In this document: positions 8,301 through 15,150 of the stretch, piece by piece | Layout of the letters: each line of letters opens with the position of its first letter | How positions within the stretch are numbered: the first letter of the stretch is position 1 | Origin: a virus | Taxonomy: Duplodnaviria; Caudoviricetes | Virus record (IMG/VR): IMGVR_UViG_3300044983_000151 | Coordinates: 1 to 27,106 of that record | Strand: one strand, 5' to 3' | DNA: 27,106 bases | Notes under the pieces: generated by a model | The model's input: only the letters and a program-made list of their open reading frames with translations | Databases searched by the model: none | Told to the model about the DNA's origin: nothing | Translations under genes and position numbers: made by a program

Positions 8301-8923
8301 TTGGTCAGACGCACCACGAGTGCTGCCCGTGCTATCTGGACCTACTAGATCGTATGCACGCCGACCGCCTGATACACTCAGGCGATTTGATCGAACGGAG
8401 GATGATCGAGATGTCTAACACAGCCTGCCCGAATCACGAGAGCCGACCGACCTTCCGCGCCTTCTGCGCGGACTGCCTTGGCTCTCCAGTCCCAGAGACA
8501 AAGAAAGCGGCCTGCTCCGCCTGCGGGGCCGTTACATGGATCACGGTCCAGGAGCAGACCGACCCATCCAGCGTCGCCGGTTACTCGCAGCTGGACGGCC
8601 AGTGCATCGACTGCTGGTCCGCCAGCATCGAGGCGCTCGCGAAGGAATATCAGTCCAAACTCTCCGAGCTATCCCGCCTCCAGGCCGTCATACACTCACG
8701 CCGAGCCAAGCTCGCGACGATTCAAGAAGTCGCCTATCGCGGCTTCGTCCCGGCCGTTCCGTGCGCCTGTGGACAGATCTTCCCCTCGTTCATCGAGGCG
8801 GGTCTGCACGTAGACACAGCCAGCCCGAAGGGGGGCCATTGGCTCCTAGATGTCGATCGCGCAGCGCCAGCGAAGCCGAGTCCTCGCGCTCCTCGGGAGT
8901 TCGACTTCGAGAATGTAGGATAG
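8252..8923 (+). CDS. Multi-CxxC protein with coiled coil and EFDFENVG tail (possible second start at 8411)
   Basis: Several CxxC pairs, heptad region ALAKEYQSKLSELSRLQ and a C2H-like CACGQIF...LH. RBSs are present before both 8252 and 8411. Confidence 0.7.
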   Translation: MEWAACRLCQREPTFLVGQTHHECCPCYLDLLDRMHADRLIHSGDLIERRMIEMSNTACPNHESRPTFRAFCADCLGSPVPETKKAACSACGAVTWITVQEQTDPSSVAGYSQLDGQCIDCWSASIEALAKEYQSKLSELSRLQAVIHSRRAKLATIQEVAYRGFVPAVPCACGQIFPSFIEAGLHVDTASPKGGHWLLDVDRAAPAKPSPRAPREFDFENVG

Positions 8924-8927
8924 CGCC

Positions 8928-9542
8928 ATGCCTAGACATACTACACAGGGACATACGACTTGTCCAGTGTGTGGCTCCAGCAACATTGGCCACATAGTAC
9001 CAAATGATGTCTGTCTAAGCTGTGGATTTATGGGCCAGATGAGACAGCCGAGAACTAGCCGTCGCCCGCCCGGGGCGCCGACCCTCGGGCGCACGACCGC
9101 CCGAATCTTCTACTATCGACCGCTCAAGAAGTGGGCGCTCGACTCCGGGAGGCTACCAGCCAAGGAGGAGCGTGAAGCGTTCTACTTCTTCCTCAAGGCC
9201 GACTGTAACGGCGAGTTCTCGCCGGAGGCGAAGGTCTGGCTCATTCCTGAGAACAAGTACGATGAGCTGGTCAAGCTCGTCCGACTGAACTACTCCGAGG
9301 TCCTCCTCGAAGAGAGGCCACCAGACCGACCTCCCCCTATCCTAAACAAACGGGCTGGCGAGCCGGCGATTCTCGTCTTCGCCCGCTTGACGGGCTCCCG
9401 CCCGTCTACGCTGGAAGAGGCCAAAAAGCTCTATCGCATCGCAGCCGTCAGGCTGCACCCCGACCGAGGTGGCGACGGCGACCAAATGGCTCAGCTAAAC
9501 GTAGCCTGGGCAGAGGTCCAGAGCGAATTGACACGCGCATAG
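8928..9542 (+). CDS. J-domain (DnaJ-like) protein with N-terminal Zn ribbon
   Basis: C-terminal EEAKKLYRIAAVRLHPDRGGDGDQMAQLNVAW with the HPD motif; N-terminal CPVCGS...CLSCG. Confidence 0.85.
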   Translation: MPRHTTQGHTTCPVCGSSNIGHIVPNDVCLSCGFMGQMRQPRTSRRPPGAPTLGRTTARIFYYRPLKKWALDSGRLPAKEEREAFYFFLKADCNGEFSPEAKVWLIPENKYDELVKLVRLNYSEVLLEERPPDRPPPILNKRAGEPAILVFARLTGSRPSTLEEAKKLYRIAAVRLHPDRGGDGDQMAQLNVAWAEVQSELTRA

Positions 9543-9563
9543 CGCGGGGGAAAGGATGAACGT

Positions 9564-9851
9564 ATGGACAAAGCGTTAGAACTCGTCGAGAACGAATGGA
9601 GACGTCGGGCGGAGAGGCAGTCGGCCATAGTCGAGGAGGCTATTCAAGAACTAGGCGGACTGGCCCAGAAGATCGGAAGCGACCAGAAGATGACAGACCT
9701 AGATAACTTGCGGCTAGTCGCTATTCTGTATTTGCTCAGCAAGGCGACCCTGCGACCCGTTATCGCGGACGAATGGGTATCGGGTGTCCCTACAGACTTA
9801 CGGGCTGGCCTGAGCCGAATCATGAAAGAACGACACGGCATCGACCTTTAA
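9564..9851 (+). CDS. Hypothetical helical protein (95 aa)
   Basis: AAAGGA RBS; in operon. Confidence 0.65.
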   Translation: MDKALELVENEWRRRAERQSAIVEEAIQELGGLAQKIGSDQKMTDLDNLRLVAILYLLSKATLRPVIADEWVSGVPTDLRAGLSRIMKERHGIDL

Positions 9852-9878
9852 CAGGCCGACCAGAAAGGATGAACGAAG

Positions 9879-10460
9879 ATGAACGAGGATAGCCAGACAA
9901 GCCAAGACATCCAGAAGCACAAAGAGCGCGTCGCGCTCCTGATCGACACATCGGGCAGCATGGACTCCGCGTGGCCCGGCTACGTCAAGCTCAAGCTCCA
10001 CGCTGCTGCGGACGCCCTGCAGGCGATCGTGGAGGCTAGTGATGCCGAGCTGACCGACTACTCCCTCACCGGCTTCGACTCCGCGACCTACCAGGTCTGC
10101 CCCTTCGGGGCCAGCTTGCTCGCCGTCTCAGCCGGCGCGTACCGACTCCAAGCCCGAGCCACCACCAACATGGCGGACGGCCTCCTGACCGTCCTCCACA
10201 CCAATCCCTCCCGCATCATCCTCCTAACCGACGGCCAAGCCGACAACCCAGCGCGCGTCATGCAAGAGGTCGACCGGGCCGTCATGCTCCAGGTCAAGAT
10301 CGACTGCGTTGGCATCGGAGACGCGAACGATGAGTTCCTTCGGACGATCTGCGAGAAGACGGGCGGCATCTACCACCGCGCGCAGTCTCCTGACGAGCTA
10401 TCCTACGTCTTCCAAGCTCTCGAGACGCAGAATCGGCTTATGTTGGAGCATCAGTCATGA
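9879..10460 (+). CDS. von Willebrand factor A (vWA) domain protein
   Basis: MIDAS DxSxS (LIDTSGSM), conserved Thr (ATTNM), IILLTDG, and IDCVGIG...FLRTICEKTGG. Confidence 0.9.
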   Translation: MNEDSQTSQDIQKHKERVALLIDTSGSMDSAWPGYVKLKLHAAADALQAIVEASDAELTDYSLTGFDSATYQVCPFGASLLAVSAGAYRLQARATTNMADGLLTVLHTNPSRIILLTDGQADNPARVMQEVDRAVMLQVKIDCVGIGDANDEFLRTICEKTGGIYHRAQSPDELSYVFQALETQNRLMLEHQS

Positions 10461-10858
10461 GCAACCACGCCAGACCACTAATCCGCGCCATCCCGATGCC
10501 GCCTCCGATGATCGTCGTGGACGACTACTGTTCCCCCGACTTCCCAGCGCAGGCCGATCCCGGCGGCCGCGACCAACCGGAGAAGCAGCTCGCGATAGCC
10601 GTCCTCTTCCAGGCTATCAAGGACGTCACGAGAGTCAGCAAATCCCACGTCTACCACGCCCGCTCGACGCCCATGAAGGCACTCAAGTGGATCTTCTCCG
10701 ACGATCGCTCCTGGCCGTACTCGTTCGTCAATCTCTGCGAGACGCTCCAGATGAGCACAGGGAAGATCAGGGCGTTTGTCGAACGAGAGCGAGGGACTAA
10801 CCATCAAATGCCGAATAGCAGACCGAGAAGAAGGGAGACGAAGATATGCCCCGTTTGA
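10457..10858 (+). CDS. Conserved-looking hypothetical protein
   Basis: EKQLAIAVLFQAIKD...KWIFSDDRSWPYSFVNLCETL; ATGA overlap with vWA. Confidence 0.7.
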   Translation: MSNHARPLIRAIPMPPPMIVVDDYCSPDFPAQADPGGRDQPEKQLAIAVLFQAIKDVTRVSKSHVYHARSTPMKALKWIFSDDRSWPYSFVNLCETLQMSTGKIRAFVERERGTNHQMPNSRPRRRETKICPV

Positions 10859-11064
10859 CATCAGAAGGCCCCGCAACGGGCCGGATCGCCCTCAAGCAGC
10901 TCGACAAGCCCGTCGCAGAGTACACCGACGAGGAGCTAGAGGTGCTCCTCGCTGCGATGGAGGGAGTTAGGTCCATGCCGAGCGCGCCGCGCAAGGCGGG
11001 CGGCGCTAGTAGGTCAACCAGCCCAAAGGCCGAGAAAGAATTCGACTTCGACAACATCGGCTAG
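10846..11064 (+). CDS. Small protein with EFDFDNIG tail
   Basis: GGGAG RBS; short helical core, low-complexity linker and acidic-aromatic C-terminus. Confidence 0.65.
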   Translation: MPRLTSEGPATGRIALKQLDKPVAEYTDEELEVLLAAMEGVRSMPSAPRKAGGASRSTSPKAEKEFDFDNIG

Positions 11065-11096
11065 CACCCGCTAGCCAGAAAGGAGGAACGAACGAA

Positions 11097-11330
11097 ATGG
11101 CAACTGACATGAACATGACCCCAATCAAACTCACCAGCAAAGGCGGACCCGCGATCTTCCTGTACCCGGGCGTCGACCCAATCATCCGTATCTGCCCCGA
11201 CCACGCTGGCTCGCAGGTCGTAACGCGTGGCGGTGCGCATGAGGTCGTGCGGGAGGGACCAGAGGAAGTCCAGCGGAAGCTGGACGAGTGGACGGCGAGT
11301 CGTGCGCCTGCGGTGCAGGAGGCGTCATGA
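11097..11330 (+). CDS. FlbD/SwrD-like small protein
   Basis: IKLT....IFLYP...I.......VVT.GG...VVREGPEEV matches my recollection of the FlbD pattern (IKLT..NG..F.LNP..IE.....T.I....G....V.E..EEV); strong AAAGGAGG RBS. Confidence 0.55.
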   Translation: MATDMNMTPIKLTSKGGPAIFLYPGVDPIIRICPDHAGSQVVTRGGAHEVVREGPEEVQRKLDEWTASRAPAVQEAS

Positions 11331-11641
11331 CCATCCGACTAGTCGGCCCGAAGGTGCTCGTGCGACCCTGCCCGATTCCAGAGCAGACCCGATCCGGCCT
11401 ATTCTTGGCGGTCAGCGCGCAGGAGAGGCCCCAGCTTGGACGCGTCGTTGCAGTTGGCGAATACTGGCCCTTCTGGACCAAGGGACAGACCGTCATCAGC
11501 CATCTGGATAGGAGGCCCCTTGACGTCAAGGTCAATCAGCTCGTCCTGTTTCCCAAATATCACGACCTAACCGTCGAGATCAACGGAGAGCTTCTACTAG
11601 AACTCAGACACGATGAACTCATCGCTGTCGTGGAGGAATGA
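11327..11641 (+). CDS. groES: Co-chaperonin GroES (Cpn10)
   Basis: IRLVGPKVLVRP...TRSGLFL...PQLGRVVAVG...PLDVKVNQLVLFPKY...VEINGE...DELIAVVE. Start moved to the ATG at 11327 (GGAGG RBS, ATGA overlap). Confidence 0.9.
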   Translation: MTIRLVGPKVLVRPCPIPEQTRSGLFLAVSAQERPQLGRVVAVGEYWPFWTKGQTVISHLDRRPLDVKVNQLVLFPKYHDLTVEINGELLLELRHDELIAVVEE

Positions 11642-11911
11642 ATGAAAGACACAGCTAAGATGGACATGTGTAGTAGCAGTCCGATAGTAAGGATCGGAGA
11701 CTTTGTCAAGGTCCATATCAGCTTTCCCCCAGACGAAGACGGAATCGTAGGGGAGAACTTCTGGTGTGTGGTCACCCGGATAGTCGGAGGGATACAGGGC
11801 GCAGCAGACAACAGCGTCCTCTATACCGACCAGCACGGAATTAAGGAAGGAGACACCTTAGATATCCCCCTTGAGTGTGTCTTCGACATTGATCGAGGCG
11901 AGCTACTATGA
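11642..11911 (+). CDS. Hypothetical beta-rich protein (DUF2314-like)
   Basis: GENFWCVV...G..DN....HGIKEGD.L.I....VFD pattern; family assignment is from memory. Confidence 0.5.
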   Translation: MKDTAKMDMCSSSPIVRIGDFVKVHISFPPDEDGIVGENFWCVVTRIVGGIQGAADNSVLYTDQHGIKEGDTLDIPLECVFDIDRGELL

Positions 11912-12864
11912 TCGACCTTCGAGAATGGCTCAAAACGATCGAATGGTACGACAACCACACCATCTCCCTCATCCTTGCCTGTCCTCGCAAGGCATTCTTC
12001 CATACGATCTATCGAGGCGGCCTGGCGTCCGGCGTAGGAAACGGTGCAAACTTCGGCACCTGTATTCATGCCGGTCTGGCGGCGTATTACAACGCTGTCA
12101 AAATGAGCCTGCCCGAAAGGCAGTGTCGCTACGCAGCGATCCGTGCTTTCTCATCCGACTACGTCCGCCTCTTCGGCTCTGAGACGCCAGCTGGCATCGA
12201 CAACAAACACAAGTTTGAGAACGGGCTGGACATCCTCGACTGCTACTTCAACAACTTCATCCTGGACGATCAGCAGTACGAGCCGGTCGAGACGGAGCTA
12301 TCCGCCATCTACCCAGTCGAACCACAGCCCGGCGACCCGCCCGACTTCGTCGACCCATTTTACTTCCTCATCCGGTGCGACGGTCTCTGGCGACGCCGTT
12401 CCGACGGTGATCTATTCGTCCGTGAGATCAAGACGAGCGGAGGCGGTGTGGATCGAGAGGTCACGCGTCTGGCTATCAATCGGCAGACAACCGGCTACGC
12501 GACCATCCTGCATGAGTTCCCCGGAGGGGAGCGAGTCGCTGGCGTACTCGTGGACGTGGTCGGCGTATACGTAGGCAAGCGAGAGTACCGACGAGAGATA
12601 TACCTCAAGAGCAACCGGGATCGAGAAACGTGGCGACGCCAAACCATCAACATCGTCCAAGAATGGCGGGCCAGGAAGGAACGGGCTGCGTCGCTAGATG
12701 CGCCAGGTGTTCTGGACCTGTTCTATCAGAACGATCAGGAGTGCACCAAGTACGGTCTCTGCCCATTCTGGAAAGGCTGTTATCACGGCCTCGCACTTCT
12801 GGACGAACTAGAGCAAAACACATGGACCCCACTGTCGATCGCTCAGGAAGAAGCGGTCGCGTAG
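11908..12864 (+). CDS. Cas4/RecB-like PD-(D/E)xK exonuclease
   Basis: N-terminal CPRK, FGTCIH, E...DG....EIKTS, QTTGY and C-terminal C.....CPF...C (four-Cys Fe-S staple arrangement). Confidence 0.85.
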   Translation: MIDLREWLKTIEWYDNHTISLILACPRKAFFHTIYRGGLASGVGNGANFGTCIHAGLAAYYNAVKMSLPERQCRYAAIRAFSSDYVRLFGSETPAGIDNKHKFENGLDILDCYFNNFILDDQQYEPVETELSAIYPVEPQPGDPPDFVDPFYFLIRCDGLWRRRSDGDLFVREIKTSGGGVDREVTRLAINRQTTGYATILHEFPGGERVAGVLVDVVGVYVGKREYRREIYLKSNRDRETWRRQTINIVQEWRARKERAASLDAPGVLDLFYQNDQECTKYGLCPFWKGCYHGLALLDELEQNTWTPLSIAQEEAVA

Positions 12865-12883
12865 AACGAAAGGAGACAGAACG

Positions 12884-13714
12884 ATGCCCATTGAGACACT
12901 AGACACCTTTGGCACTCGTCAGAAACGGGCGAGAATCCTCAACTTTGGTCCTCCCTTCTCAGGGAAGACCTCAGCTCTCCTCGGCTTGATTATGTATCTC
13001 CGCAAGGTCGCGCAGGAGCAAAAGCGAAAGGCCGGTCCTTTCAAGGTCTTCGACTTCGACGGCAATGCAGCCCCTCTCGTCCGGCGCGCGAAAGCGGCCG
13101 GCCTGACCGGCTCCGACATCGAAATCTACACCTACCTCCCGAAGGGAGGCGACAAGATCGGAGAGGGCGCCTTCCGTCCTCGCGGGCAAGGCCGAGACAT
13201 CTTCCTCCAGTTCATCAAGGACTTCAACGTACTGGAGGATATGGTCGATCCGAAGACGGGCGAGTGGCTAGAGGGCCAGGCTGGCCCGATCGGAATCGCT
13301 ATCGACTCCGTCACCACGCTCCAGGATGTCATCCTCGACCACGTGCTCTGCTCAGTCGGCCATGAGCTAGGAGCCGAGAAGACGGACGCACGGGCCGACT
13401 TCGGAAAGCAGATGCAGAAGACAACAGAAATCATCGACTGCGCAAAGGCCCTTCCGTGTGTCTGCGTCTTCAATGCTCACGAGCGCGCGCAGACCGCCGA
13501 GAACGGCGGGGTCATTGGTATCGATCCCCTGTTCACAGGAGAGCAGTACGCAGCTTCCATCGGCAAGGTCTTCTCCGTCGTGCTCTACTCCCAAGTCAAG
13601 GGCGACAAGTACATCTGGAGAACCCGGCCGCAGGCGTTGGTCAAAATGGGCGGCTCTCGAATGCGGGATGATCTGCCGACCGAGATCCCACAAGACTATT
13701 CGTTGGTGCTTTAA
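12884..13714 (+). CDS. Sak4-like (AAA_24) ATPase / ssDNA annealing protein
   Basis: Walker A GPPFSGKT, FDFD, Walker B IAIDSVT and NAHE; sits between exonuclease and SSB. Confidence 0.8.
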   Translation: MPIETLDTFGTRQKRARILNFGPPFSGKTSALLGLIMYLRKVAQEQKRKAGPFKVFDFDGNAAPLVRRAKAAGLTGSDIEIYTYLPKGGDKIGEGAFRPRGQGRDIFLQFIKDFNVLEDMVDPKTGEWLEGQAGPIGIAIDSVTTLQDVILDHVLCSVGHELGAEKTDARADFGKQMQKTTEIIDCAKALPCVCVFNAHERAQTAENGGVIGIDPLFTGEQYAASIGKVFSVVLYSQVKGDKYIWRTRPQALVKMGGSRMRDDLPTEIPQDYSLVL

Positions 13715-13911
13715 TGAAGTTCACGATAGAGTATATTCGTCGCAACGGAGACAGACACTCAGACGACGATATCGTCGTTGAGGCTTTGAGATATCTGCGG
13801 AGGCTGGGCCTCGACGTATGTGAAGGCGATGAAGAAGAAAGCAAGGCGCAGGTAGAACTAGAGTCCCTGAAAATTGAACTACGTCGTTTGGTACAGGAGT
13901 TCAATCCATGA
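13714..13911 (+). CDS. Hypothetical protein (65 aa)
   Basis: TAATG overlap with the upstream stop codon. Confidence 0.55.
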   Translation: MKFTIEYIRRNGDRHSDDDIVVEALRYLRRLGLDVCEGDEEESKAQVELESLKIELRRLVQEFNP

Positions 13912-14054
13912 CCAACATCAAAGGCGGCCGCAGCCCGCCCGAGTTCTTCCGTCACCGAATACTCGGCCTACTCCGGGTCGAACGAGTAGACGGTTGGATC
14001 TATATCTATCATCGAACCGGAAAACTACTAAACCGACATAAGGAGAAAACGACA

Positions 14055-14612
14055 ATGCCAAGACTCAACTCAGACCTCAGCAACACGCAGCAGAGCTTGA
14101 TCGCGAAGGACGTCTACACAGCCCGAATCGAAACCGCTACGCCGAAGAAGTCCAAACCACCCGCGAACAACCCATACCTGGAGGTCAACTGGTTCATCGA
14201 GGGAGACCGGGAAGGCAACATCATCGAGGGCGTCTCGGGCCGCAAGGTCAACTTCGACAACATCATGACGGGCGGCACCACGAAGAAGGGCGATGTCATG
14301 CCTCTCTTTCAACTCGCCAAGCTGCTGGAGCGGGGTCAGATCGCCTGGACCTGCCTAACTTGCCACCCCGAGGCGAACGATCTGAACTACGACGGCGCGC
14401 ATGATCGCGTATGCGAGTTCGTCCGCGGGACGGGCGAGAACGGGCTGCCGAAGGGCAGCATCAACTGCCCCGACTGTAAGCAGCCCTTCAAGGCCAGCTA
14501 CAATACCGACGACTTCATAGGAAAGCGTTTCCGAGTCGCGGTGGACGTGGAGCAGGGGACGGAAGGACGGCCGGATAAGAACGTAATCAAGGACTACTTG
14601 GCGGTAGGCTAG
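14055..14612 (+). CDS. DUF669-like single-stranded DNA-binding protein with Zn-ribbon insertion
   Basis: AAGGAG RBS at 14040. Y.ARIE...KKS....PYLEVNW.I...GRKV.FD ... DDFIGKRFRVAV......KNVIKDY, with a CLTC...CPDC insert; adjacent to the Sak4-like gene. Confidence 0.7.
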   Translation: MPRLNSDLSNTQQSLIAKDVYTARIETATPKKSKPPANNPYLEVNWFIEGDREGNIIEGVSGRKVNFDNIMTGGTTKKGDVMPLFQLAKLLERGQIAWTCLTCHPEANDLNYDGAHDRVCEFVRGTGENGLPKGSINCPDCKQPFKASYNTDDFIGKRFRVAVDVEQGTEGRPDKNVIKDYLAVG

Positions 14613-14635
14613 GCCTGATCGACAAGTAGGTAGGC

Positions 14636-14666
14636 GGCTAGGGTGTGCACACTGCACACCCTAGCC
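14636..14666. repeat. Perfect 14-bp inverted repeat
   Basis: GGCTAGGGTGTGCA-cac-TGCACACCCTAGCC; intergenic, no U-tract, directly before a GGAGG RBS. Confidence 0.85.
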
Positions 14667-14684
14667 AGGGGAGGTAGCTGTCAA

Positions 14685-14768
14685 ATGGAGAACGTAATTT
14701 GTTTCATAGCAGGGGCTCTAGTCGGCATCAGCCTCTACGGACTAGCGAGCGAACTATGGCCCAGTTAA
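14685..14768 (+). CDS. 27-aa single-TM peptide (not in the ORF track)
   Basis: GGAGG RBS then MENVICFIAGALVGISLYGLASELWPS. Confidence 0.45.
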   Translation: MENVICFIAGALVGISLYGLASELWPS

Positions 14769-15004
14769 GCTGCCCGCGACGCGGCTGCATCGGCAAGACG
14801 CGCGTCCTCAGGTCGACGAGCCCCGACTCAGCCAGGATGGATCAAGAGCTACGGGGGCTGAATGTCATCGTGCGCCGACACGAATGTACATCCTGCCGGC
14901 ACAGGTTTAAGACGATCGAGATGGAGGAAGCCGAGTTCGCGCTCCTTCGGAAGCCGAAGACGATGGAGGCTCGGGTGCTCGGTCAGGTGAGGCCAGGTCG
15001 ATGA
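14756..15004 (+). CDS. NrdR-N-like Zn-ribbon protein
   Basis: CP..GC..KTRV..S ... RRHECTSCRHRFKTIE resembles the NrdR Zn ribbon; no ATP-cone. Confidence 0.65.
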   Translation: MAQLSCPRRGCIGKTRVLRSTSPDSARMDQELRGLNVIVRRHECTSCRHRFKTIEMEEAEFALLRKPKTMEARVLGQVRPGR

Positions 15005-15150
15005 GCAACAAATCATACGAGCACGAGCATGTCTGTCGGAAGTGCATGGATATCCTCTGGTGCAATGTGTTCGACTGTACTAGGGACGATATCCTGTGCC
15101 CAAGGTGTCAGGGAGAGGAGGACGAGAAGAATGGACCTCCTTCTCGATAA
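15001..15150 (+). CDS. 49-aa Cys-rich peptide (not in the ORF track)
   Basis: ATGA overlap; MSNKSYEHEHVCRKCMDILWCNVFDCTRDDILCPRCQGEEDEKNGPPSR. Confidence 0.5.
   Translation: MSNKSYEHEHVCRKCMDILWCNVFDCTRDDILCPRCQGEEDEKNGPPSR

Noticed and set aside
11908-12864. Cas4-like gene as part of a CRISPR system
   Set aside because: No array or other cas genes; its exonuclease-Sak4-SSB context is a standard phage recombination module.
13908-14054. N-terminal extension of the SSB ORF
   Set aside because: A strong AAGGAG RBS precedes the ATG at 14055 and the SSB-like pattern begins there; the extension is possible but unsupported.
14668-14740. tRNA-like start GGGGAGGTAGCTG...TGGAGAAC
   Set aside because: No T-arm GTTC motif and no acceptor-stem complement; better explained as an RBS plus a short ORF.
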